In this document: positions 1 through 10,600 of the stretch, in pieces | Layout: the number at the start of each line of letters is the position of its first letter | Position numbering within the stretch: the first letter of the stretch is position 1 | Assembly (NCBI GenBank): GCA_002633005.1 | Contig: NMRA01000030.1 | Location: 631,630-695,629, forward strand | Length of the DNA: 64,000 nucleotides | Reading direction: 5' to 3' | From: Phoronis australis | Lineage: Eukaryota; Animalia; Phoronida | Made by a program: the position numbers and the translations under genes | The notes under the pieces: generated by a model | What the model was told of the DNA's origin: nothing | Database searches by the model: none | Seen by the model: only the letters and a program-made list of their open reading frames with translations

Positions 1-269
1 GACATCGGCGAGTGCCTCAGTTAACAGGCATCGGTAGAATAATCATGGAATAATCGTTAAAATAATCACAAACCTTACCTTTGTATGAGGTCGTGCTTAC
101 TTCCTCTCATAGAAGCACCCTTTTTACGCAATCTCAGATTCAGTTGGCACGGCTGCAAGCCATTTCACCATGTATTTAAAGGGCTCGCGAAATCGAGGCT
201 GTTAATCTATCACCACTAGTACACGCACGCCCTCTAGTTATTGTAGATCTTCCGAATAGCCCCATTGTA

Positions 270-411
270 TCTTTTTACGCATAGTTAATTGTTGTTTTAT
301 TACTTCATTGTATTATATTACTGTTTTTTGTTGTAGAGGGCCCTCTTGGAAAGCTGTGCTATCACTGAAGAGGCCACCCTCATTTTAAATATCACAATAA
401 AATAAAATAAA
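270..411 (+). mobile_element. Probable LINE/SINE 3' end (stem-loop plus AAAAT tail)
   Basis: T-rich tract, then hairpin GAGGGCCCTCTT...AAGAGGCCACCCTC (336-381), then (AATAA)n at 396-411. Confidence 0.45.
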
Positions 412-3061
412 TTGTTTTGCTAACATGACAGCTGTGAACAGTATTTTTGGAACGTACGTGTCAGTGATTTGACTTTTTCTTGTGAGTCTTGTAAGAAGTA
501 CAGATTTAGTGTTTTCATTTTAAACTTGTAGGAGACTCAGGTACCTCACCTATTAGCAGCTGGCTTTAAGAGAGAGAACATTACAACTGAGCTCGTACCA
601 ATAAGTCCTCCGAAGGAGTGTCGTTACTACTCACACCATTCCATGATAGCTCCAACCATCATTAAAGAGTAAATGGCAGGCCGTGTCGTCTTCATGTGAA
701 GAGCTGAATTGTGCTGCAGGAATACCAGCAGGGCTCATAGACACATGTACTTACCGTGAAATATGTTGACTATTTTCAATATGCTTTATTAAATGTCTTG
801 CACCTTGTCAATGAATTTTGCAAAGTTTAAAGGAAAAATCTTGATTACTGTTAACAGTTTCCATTTACCCATGTTACCAATTTGTAACCCTTATTACGGA
901 TCGTCAAACCAGATTTCTGATCTGCAGCCCAGGTAACCGACCTTTAACTCGGGCAAAATACCCATCTGAGCTTCAGCAACCTTCACTTCCTGTAATTTTC
1001 AGTCACATTTAGTTTCAAATGGAGATCTGTAGCCTAGCTAAAGTTTTGTAGCCATTGGTTACGACTTGTTCCTTAAATGGCTGTGTGATGTGTGCTCAGT
1101 TATTAGATCCTAGTTCCTGTCATAGTTAATGACAGTTCTTGTGTGCGGTGCTAGTAGTATGATTAAGAATTGTGATAACTGACATTCCATGATCCATTAC
1201 ACTTATGGGTGCTAATTAAATTACAGCCAGTATTGCCAGTTCTATACTCCAGAGTTACAGATAGTAATAAGCTTTGAGCTTTTGATCAACATTGCTCTTC
1301 ATTTACCACGTTTACCTGATGTTTTATTGCTGACAAGTTAATGATCTCGTTTTAATCATGAAATTGTAGTAATTAATAATGCATGAATATTGCTCAATTT
1401 AATTGCCAATGCTTTGAAATGTGAAGATGTGGGTGTGTTGGATACTAATAAATTTCTTGCCTATGAATTATGAGAATTTTTTGTCCTATCTAAACGTTTT
1501 TTTGCTTCTATATGTTCTGGTAGCATTGTTGAGATCATTTGTCTGCTGACATCAACATAATTTCTTAATGTTTGCACGCAGGCCGTTTGAGATGGAATCG
1601 CTTACTGCAAGACACACCTGCTTATTAAGTGACACAACTGGCTGCTTAGGGACCCCACATATACATACAGTGAATAGGACTCTAAAATGGTTAGGACAGG
1701 CTCTAAGAGCTACAGTAACCTGTGCGTCGATGGCAGTTCGCAAAGTTGACTACTAGTTTGGTACGAGCCCTTCATTAACACAAACTTGATTGATCGATTA
1801 GTTACTGTTGGTGAGTTTTAATATACACTTGCGCGCATACTCCTCTACTATTTCGGATGTGCAGTTGATCTATTTTGGTTAAAGATTTTGAATTGAAAAA
1901 CTCGCAGAATGAACAACCTACAGGTGTTTACCACATAGTTGCTCTGTTACTTTAGGCTTGTGTGCTTCCTACCGTGTTACATTCACACTCTCTTCTTGTA
2001 TGCCTGTCTACCTATGCCTGTCTACGCATGCCTGTCTTCCCACTGTCACCATTTCTATTGCATTTTATTTCAGTACCACCAGGTCCATTTTACCAAGTTC
2101 TAAGGATGAGACGTGTGCTCTCGAACTATAGCTGCGAGTTTTTATTAGTTGTTAGCTTGTAATGTCTACACCGAAAGATCTAAAATTGTACAGAGTGTAT
2201 GAGCAAGTGTACATTAAGCTGTCCAACAGAAGGTGCAGTTGTGTTTTCAATCAAGTTTCTTTACGAAGAATTATTTACCATAGTTAATTGTCTAAATGAC
2301 TGGGCACTTTACTTGTAGAAACATCAATAGAGCAGCAACCATAGCAAAAACATTCGGTTTTATTGCCACAATTTTCATCCAAATTCAAAACTAATGTACT
2401 AGTGAAGGCAGTACTAGCCACAGGTATCACTTGGTCAAGTACAGACAAAGGTATTAGTTGGTAAATTTGATTAAACTGAAATGCATCATGTACTTGACCC
2501 CTTCAACTCTGAAAAAGTTTTGGAACAGACTATTATTACCGAGAGCTGGAAACTGCACCAAAATGTGTGCAAAAGTTGTATATTACTGACAGCTTGAGAT
2601 ATGCAAAGTGCAAATTTGAATGTTTTGGGACAATGTCGCAACCACGTGATGAGCGCACAGTTAGTACATGGTCACAATAAACACAAATGAAGGTTTTACC
2701 CGAGGCTCCTCGATTCTTAAAACGACCAGAAAACTCATCCTCCAACAACCACGTTTGGATAGATAAAATATGCTCAAGTTGTTGTTATATATAAACAATA
2801 CGATAGTCCTAGTTTAAAATCACGCATTCCTTAAGTTTGGTTTCTGCTGATGTCGTTCCCCATATTGTGCAGTGACGGCATTGATGGTTTTGTCGGACTA
2901 TGAGATGTAATCTTTGACAGCGGTGTTTCAAACACCTGGCAATTGGCCACAGCATCTCTCAAGTCTTGCCACTGAACTGTCTTTCAAGACAACTATGTGT
3001 GGTGAAAGTTCAGTATAATCCACATAACTGAGTGGTGGCAGAAAAACTCCCCTTAGTCTGG

Positions 3062-3130
3062 TCAGTGGACTATGTGCTCCAGAATTCCTTGACGTATTAG
3101 ATGCTCACATTCTGATCGCAACAAGAAATG
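3062..3130 (-). CDS. GINS1: GINS1 terminal coding exon ([22 protein letters not shown])
   Basis: Acceptor tttcctttccag|; TGA at 3064-3062; candidate polyA AATAAA on minus strand at 2364-2359. Confidence 0.95.
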   Translation of the reverse strand, partial: [22 protein letters not shown]

Positions 3131-6100
3131 CTGGAAAGGAAATGAAATTAAAAGCAGATGAAAAGTGCAATTAGAATGCAGTAAAATCCTTGAGTTGGGA
3201 CAAAAATAACACATTTTTTTCTGTTTTCATTTCCCAATGGCTTGCTACATAGCTTCAAGTATAACAATCATTGTTTGATGAGAACAAGTAGTACCTACCA
3301 ACCTAAAAATGAAGCAAGATTTTCTGTATTTTTATTGATACGATGGACATTACCAAAAGTCCAGGATGAGTTTATTTGGCTAACAATCCCACACAACTCA
3401 CTCTAGACTGTAAGACATGTGAGACTACCCTTTATGTGTATAAAGGCAGATGCAGAGGATTTGTGGCAGTTAAAACCCTTCTCAAAGAACTGGTCGACCC
3501 AAAATTCTCATGTGAAACAGTGTAATTATATAAAATGTGTTTAAGGTTCCGTGGGACGTTCTTGAAAAGTTTACTTATTTAGCCAAATATCTACAAAACT
3601 GCATATATTTTAACTTTGTAAAAATGTTTTCTAAAAGTGGAAAGCCTATAGAATGTGATAATTTGGGTCATGTGACCATGTCTTTGATAAAGTTTAGCGA
3701 AAAAGAATTTTTGATATTGTCACTGAAAAGAACAGTATCAATTTATGATCGATATAAATTTCAAGATAAAAATCTCAAAAATGTCGTTACTGGTTTCTAA
3801 ATTGTAATTTTGTTTTGGTTATATGCAATTTCAAATTTTCATGAAAATCATAAAAGTCAGCTTCTTGATATCCTCATGCAAAAGTGAAACAGAGGACAAT
3901 TTTCTAGGATTCTACTTGACCTGAAACAAGTTTTCTGTACATTCACTCACTCTTCAAGATATTTGGTAACAAGCCAGTGTTACTGGCCCCATTCAGATCA
4001 ACAAATCTCACTTTTGACAAAATAATGGTACGAAAGAAATATTCAGTGACTTCGCTTTAAAAATGTGCTACCAGAATAATTAGTGACTTGAGTATCTTTC
4101 AATGTAAAGATTATATTTGTTTGCTCCCATTTTACTCGTTCTTCAAAATTCAGGAGACAATACAGTAATCATGGAATTTCGCACCAAAACGGTGTCAGAC
4201 TGAAATCAACTACTGCGGAACAAATCAGACTTGTTGCCCTGCATACCTGACTGTTTTTCTTCAAGACTATTATACTTCCATCTTGACTTTCAAATTCCCC
4301 ATGATCCACAAGGCACCTCACTTCAATATACAGAGTTTTAGGTGGCTGTAAGTCCTGTGTTAAATCAAGTCCATTGTCACCAATTGACATCATGTAGGAA
4401 GCCAGAGCTTTGTTGTAGCGAGAAAACCATTGCACTTCCTGCTCTGACATGCAGTGCTTAACTTCCTGTGGAAGCACACTCCCAAATTCCCACCTGAGTT
4501 GTCGTATGTGAGCAAGTCGATTATACCTGTTGAGCAGAAAGAAATGTGATCTTCTCAACAAATGACAATACTTGAAGAGGCATGAATCAACCACTTTTGT
4601 ACACTAAAGTCTTTTTCCCATATAGATAACTTAAAAGTATCCACGAACACCATATTTGATCAAAAACAACCCTGACAAGCCATCAGCTATTAACTATTGA
4701 TACATTCAAATTGCCGGCAAAAATTATAATTTATTTTGGAACAAAAATGGCAAAATTACTCTTATGATCAACATACATACTGATGAAACACAAACCAGTT
4801 TTCAGAAATAAAAACATAACTTTCGGTTTGTGAAATAAAGACAAGTTTTTGTGACAAAATGTAGTAACTGATGTCTGTGTTACTGACACAAAGATGGCAC
4901 TGAAAATTTGTGAGTTAACAAACAAAGAAATTCCTTGAGACACATGGCAATCATCAGCCTGTACGGTCAGTGAGTAGACCAAACTCATGGCATGTGATGA
5001 ATAGACCAATAAGAAGATTGGAAATAAGCATAATGAAGCCTTGAACAAAAGAATAAGTGAACGATTAGGAAGTATGTCACCAACATATTGTACTGTTCAG
5101 ACTACATACAGATATGCCATCAAACAACGCCTGTTCCTCTCCAAGGCAGAATGCCTAAGCTGTACTCCAGAGAACAACCCTGTTTCTCCTGCCACAGTGG
5201 CACTCCTGAAAACATGTTTAAAAGCAAAGATCAGGATACAATTAACTGTGCCTCCTATTTTGATGAAAATTCAAATTTATTGCACTCAATTAAGAAAGTT
5301 AACACAAATATATAATTATTTTGCAATGCTCTACATGTTTAAAAAGCTGTTTGTGAAAGCATAAAATAAAGATGTCCCAATAATGAGTGTAAAAAGTTGG
5401 GGCGCGCAAAAATAAAAATTCTTCATTATACGGGACACCATAACAATATGACAAACAGGTGTAGTTTACGGGACACCATAACAATATGGCAAACAGGTGT
5501 AGCTTACAGGACACCATAACAATATATGTAGTTTGTACAAATGTTGTAACAATGTAGAAAGCCTTTAAAATAGAAAAATGCCAACATCGCACTTAAACAG
5601 TTTTTATGTGCAATTAGCAATGGAAAAGTAGAAGCCAATGTGCAGACGGCTACTGTAAGACTCATGTGCAGACAACTGCTGTAAGAGTCATGTGCTGACA
5701 ACTGCTGTAAGACTCGTGTCCTGACAACTAGTGTAAGACTCACAAATGTATCATCATTATGGGCAGGTGTGTATCACCATATGCAGCATGGAGGTGTTTG
5801 ATATGCATACGCACATAGATAACCTATATTATCATTACTATTAGGCAATATCTATGCATGCATGTATATTCAAGACAAGCATCTGAAGCAGGTCCAAAGT
5901 TCAGCTAATCTTGAAGATTGTCCAGAGCATAGTATGTGAGTCAAGACATACAAATGTACTGTAACAGTATCCTGCCTGGGGATGAATTTTGTTTTATGTT
6001 CAGGGCAGTTTGGAAGTGGGACACAATCTTACTCAAGTGAGGTAAAACTGTTCAATGATGTGCACATTTTCCACGAGTTCTGTAAAAATGCGATTGAAGA

Positions 6101-7245
6101 ACTCCGACTTACATATAGTTTTGTTGTAAGGACAACTATACCGCAAAACTTTTGAGTTGAGCGAAAATAAGGCTCAGGCACATTTGACTTTAGCCAGTTT
6201 TACTGTAGGACATACTCAAACGTAGCGTTCAAGACCTCACTTCACTCATTGCCAAAGATGAGCAATGTACTTACACATCTTTCTGGTTTTGTTCAAACAA
6301 AACTCTCATTTCTTCTAAAACTTGTCGCAAGCCATCTTCCTGGAAAAAGAAACACACCTCTTCTCAATTTTCATTTGTACAGTGCCATTCATTTTTCACT
6401 TCGTGACTTAGCAACTCACAAGAATACGCTATACGCCTGGTTAGATTTGCCGCAGAAAACTTGGTTTCTATTACGGTAATTGTCAGACATATTGCTCCCT
6501 GATTTTAGAAAAAGTAACTTCCATTGAATATTTGGGATTACTCAGTAGTAACTTGTTGTAATTACTTTTTAAATCCAGATTTGTTACAACTGACTAATTT
6601 CTTTGAGAAAATAAACCATAGGCCTAGAAATTGGTTTCAGATAGTTGTGGAGAATCTGTGAGAATTTCGGTAGAGTGTAAAAATCATGCACCATAGGTTT
6701 TGGGACATTGCTAATAAGCTGAATGGTTAAAGTGCTGACTTTTGAGCCATGGTTTGAGGCTAGGACACAAGCAAATGTAACTCGTCGAATAATTCCGTAT
6801 CGTCCTTGACCTTTGATTTCTCTGGATGGGCTTTTTGGGAAGATTTTTGTGCTTTGACCGCGAATTTCTTGCGAACTGGGTGAAGCAGGACACTGTGAAT
6901 GGTGTTGGGAGAAAGAACAATTCCTCTGTTTTGCGAAAATGTATTGAGTTTTGTGTTTGCTATGGACGGCTGAAGTGAAGCACCCGTGAAATTTCTAGTT
7001 GAGAGTGTCATAACTTGTAGTATTATATAATGTATTTGGGGACGATCAGAAGCTGAGGACGCCTGTTCACCTGTTGCACAGGCTGCGCATATACAGCTAG
7101 CTGCATGGGTTGGCTAAGTGAAACCTGGCAATAACTAGAACATCTTTCAGATAACTATTCTACTTACATTGAATGCTGGTATAGAGTCACTAGCTAATGA
7201 CCTTTGTAATTCGCGAATGAGCTCTAAAGCTTTGTCGCCAAGCAT
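3062..7245 (-). CDS. GINS1: DNA replication complex GINS subunit PSF1, 5 coding exons, 195 aa
   Basis: Exons (minus): 7245-7168, 6339-6275, 5205-5110, 4526-4247, 3130-3062; all GT-AG, phases consistent, 588 nt total. Translation MLGDKALELIRELQR...PAFNEDGLRQVLEEM...LRHSALERNRRCLMAYLYNRL...QDLQPPKTLYIEVRCLVDHGEFE...[28 protein letters not shown] matches the PSF1 family as recalled. Confidence 0.97.
4247..4526 (-). CDS. GINS1: GINS1 coding exon 4 (YNRLAHIRQLRWEFGSVLP...KKNSQ)
   Basis: Within ORF 4169..4594; acceptor tttctgctcaacag|, donor CAG|gtatgc. Confidence 0.96.
5110..5205 (-). CDS. GINS1: GINS1 coding exon 3 (SATVAGETGLFSGVQLRHSALERNRRCLMAYL)
   Basis: Acceptor gttttcag|, donor CT|gtatgt. 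Confidence 0.95.
5427..5745. repeat. Two short tandem arrays in GINS1 intron 2 (about 38-bp x2.5 and 26-bp x4)
   Basis: ACGGGACACCATAACAATATG..AAACAGGTGTAG and GACAACTGCTGTAAGACTCATGTG units. Confidence 0.8.
6275..6339 (-). CDS. GINS1: GINS1 coding exon 2 (EDGLRQVLEEMRVLFEQNQKDV)
   Basis: Acceptor tttttccag|, donor GT|gtaagt. Confidence 0.95.
7168..7245 (-). CDS. GINS1: GINS1 coding exon 1 (MLGDKALELIRELQRSLASDSIPAFN)
   Basis: ATG at 7245; donor AAT|gtaagt. Confidence 0.95.
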
Positions 7246-7501
7246 AGCAGAAAGAATCTGTTACTTCTCGAAGAATGCGGAAACGATTCGATTTTACCTC
7301 CAAAAGTACACCGAAAGCATTAAGTAAGAAACGTCACGATAGGTGTAAACCCACAGAGATTGTTTAACGTCCAATCAAATAAAACGTTACAAATGTCAAC
7401 ATTTCATAGTGACACCTATTATCAAAACGGAAACAGGAAGACGGTCACGCGGATTAGAGGTTGGCTGAAGAATTTTACATGTTTTAGTTTTTGGTAATAC
7501 A
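7246..7501. promoter_or_regulatory. Compact bidirectional promoter/5'UTR region between GINS1 and ABHD12
   Basis: 256 bp between divergent ATGs; locally CpG-richer; CCAAT at 7371-7375, ETS-like CAGGAAG at 7434-7440, half-CRE ACGTCA at 7331-7336. Confidence 0.7.
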
Positions 7502-7689
7502 ATGGATGAAACATCTTCAAGTACGCTTATCAAAAGGGAGTGCAGTCCACAAAATCGAAGTTCTTTAAAATCCAACCAGAGTGTCAGAAAGAGAACAACG
7601 CTCGAGTGTGCGTCACCGTCAAGCGAAAGTTCTGCCTCTGGACCAACACAGGCAACACACGCCAGATCAAACATTGTTAATCATGTGAG
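7502..7689 (+). CDS. ABHD12: ABHD12 coding exon 1 (MDETSS...VRKRTTLECASPSSESSAS...)
   Basis: ORF 7502; donor AG|gtaaat, phase 2 joins exon 2 in frame; RKRT plus Ser-rich stretch resembles the vertebrate N-terminus. Confidence 0.8.
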
Positions 7690-10600
7690 GTAAATAGGTA
7701 GGCCTAGTCATTTACTGACGAGTCACCGTAAAAGAAATACATTGCTTATTGTTCACAATCCCACTCTATTGACGTACATACTTGATACTATTGTATTGTT
7801 TGTATTTGATGATTTTTCTAGCTCATGAGAGTATGCTATTACACATAGTGTATAGTCCGATTACCTCTCGTCGTCAGTCTCCAAAGGTCGTCCGCCATCT
7901 TGTTTCGCGTGCAGCGCTGCCACGCGGGACTTAGCGTTCCAATTTGGAACGCTCGTCTGCACGTTAGGTACTAACCTCTCGGGAGAAACACGCGTGGAAG
8001 AACTGAGACTAAAATTAATGCATTTACCGACTGTTTTTTTGAGACCACTTAAAAACTTGTTGATTTTACTAATGCACTTTTTTGTTCATTTTCAGAAGAT
8101 ATTTTCGAAATTAAATTTTCTTCAGACGGAACAAAAAGCAACCCAGGGATTGTNNNNNNNNNNNNNNNNNNNNNNNNNNNNNNNNNNNNNNNNNNNNNNN
8201 NNNNNNNNNNNNNNNNNNNNNNNNNNNNNNNNNNNNNNNNNNNNNNNNNNNNNNNNNNNNNNNNNNNNNNNNNNNNNNNNNNNNNNNNNNNNNNNNNNNN
8301 NNNNNNNNNNNNNNNNNNNNNNNNNNNNNNNNNNNNNNNNNNNNNNNNNNNNNNNNNNNNNNNNNNNNNNNNNNNNNNNNNNNNNNNNNNNNNNNNNNNN
8401 NNNNNNNNNNNNNNNNNNNNNNNNNNNNNNNNNNNNNNNNNNNNNNNNNNNNNNNNNNNNNNNNNNNNNNNNNNNNNNNNNNNNNNNNNNNNNNNNNNNN
8501 NNNNNNNNNNNNNNNNNNNNNNNNNNNNNNNNNNNNNNNNNNNNNNNNNNNNNNNNNNNNNNNNNNNNNNNNNNNNNNNNNNNNNNNNNNNNNNNNNNNN
8601 NNNNNNNNNNNNNNNNNNNNNNNNNNNNNNNNNNNNNNNNNNNNNNNNNNNNNNNNNNNNNNNNNNNNNNNNNNNNNNNNNNNNNNNNNNNNNNNNNNNN
8701 NNNNNNNNNNNNNNNNNNNNNNNNNNNNNNNNNNNNNNNNNNNNNNNNNNNNNNNNNNNNNNNNNNNNNNNNNNNNNNNNNNNNNNNNNNNNNNNNNNNN
8801 NNNNNNNNNNNNNNNNNNNNNNNNNNNNNNNNNNNNNNNNNNNNNNNNNNNNNNNNNNNNNNNNNNNNNNNNNNNNNNNNNNNNNNNNNNNNNNNNNNNN
8901 NNNNNNNNNNNNNNNNNNNNNNNNNNNNNNNNNNNNNNNNNNNNNNNNNNNNNNNNNNNNNNNNNNNNNNNNNNNNNNNNNNNNNNNNNNNNNNNNNNNN
9001 NNNNNNNNNNNNNNNNNNNNNNNNNNNNNNNNNNNNNNNNNNNNNNNNNNNNNNNNNNNNNNNNNNNNNNNNNNNNNNNNNNNNNNNNNNGTTTGTTTTT
9101 AATCTCAAGTCAAACCCCGACCGCGCACGTGCGGGTGTCATATCAAGAAGCCTAAGTGATACTAAAAACTGCAGTGAGTTTGCACGTGCTTTAGTCGTCT
9201 GCACTAATTCATCGAAACGACTTGGCGCCGTCATCAGATTTCATTTTGTGGATAATTTTGTTGCGAATGGACCTGGGTTCTAGCAGCATATATGTCAAAA
9301 CACTCGAGGTGAAATTTGGCGACAAGTGCCCGCGGCCATTACATGGTTAGTCAGTTTTCCGCGGTGGTGTATGGAGAAACATGGTGTCCGATATTTAGGT
9401 TCTCCGAAGGTTTGGTTGTTGTGTTTTTTGAAGATCAGTCGGAACATAAATGTGGCTTTCAGTGACAAGATATAGTAACAGAACAATTCTGTGAAGGTAA
9501 ATCTTTATTTCAGCAAAGAATTTACAACAATCCGTAGTATTTTCATTTAAATATAATGCAAAATGTGCCAAAACGTCCGATAATTAGGTCACTTGACTGT
9601 ACACTATTACAATATTATTACAGAGAGGTAATCTACCTACTCTAGCTTGGAGGACAGAGAATAATTCTAAAAGAAAGCTTTCAAAATTTTGAACCACTTG
9701 TCACCCCCATTTCTGTGGGACCTTCTCACATTTCACAGGACCCCATATAATTGAGAATATCCAACAGGACAGACATTCCATAGTGCAGAACCACTCATTA
9801 GGGTCTGCGATCCTTCAGAGCCTATAGTTCTAATTTGTGGAACTCTATCAGAGGAGGCGAGATCAAGCTTAGATTTAAAGACATTTGTGCAATATACCAA
9901 CACCTGGACTGAGCCTCCTTGCAAACGAGCAGGGCCTGTGATTTTCTGATTCAAACATAGTCACTCCTATGGTGCTTATTTTTAATCTCATAGTATTTTA
10001 ATTTTGTTTTAATTTCATATTTATTTATTTTGTATCTTATGTATTTATTTGTTGGTATACTAGCCTGTGGCTAATGTTTTCTCCTGTTTAAGTTTAACCA
10101 ATGATAAATATATTGACTTGAACTTGGATGTAGGAACATGGTAGATAGTACCACTGTCTCAAATGATTAAATCATAAAAGTCATGTACCTTTAAGTACCT
10201 TTTTCCCATAATTGGGACACATTTAGAAATTCCATGATTACAGGATCCTGACAGGAAAGGTGCCTGTGCATTGTGAGAGTAATTTTTTGGTTGTGGGGAC
10301 TATTCCTCCCTCATCTGATGTGGATTTTTGGCTAAATCTGACTGCTGCATAGTCTTCTAGTGGCTATTTTGTTTTCTTTACGTTTGTCTTGATAATGATC
10401 AAACTGCTTGATTGTTGTTCTTGAAATTTGGCAAATAAGTTAGTATTACGTAGGTAATGCTACAAATTCTGTTTCAGGGAGTATATAACCAATTTTGCAC
10501 CCCCTAGTAGCCTTTTTATGTTTTTGTGTCTCTGTGTTGCCTGCCTCTCTATTCTGTTCTTCAAAAAATCATGATGAAAGATTCATGATGGAAGGTGTTA

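Noticed and set aside
336-381. GAAA...CTGAAGA as a hammerhead ribozyme
   Set aside because: Stems and cleavage triplet do not assemble convincingly; better explained as a retroposon 3' stem-loop before an AATAA tail.
413-2352. TG...CA bounded segment (TGTTTTGCTA / TAGCAAAAACA) as a solo LTR
   Set aside because: No target-site duplication and no second copy in the window.
7994-9283. Long ORFs 7994..9283 (+) and 8122..9234 (-)
   Set aside because: Artefacts of translating through the N gap.
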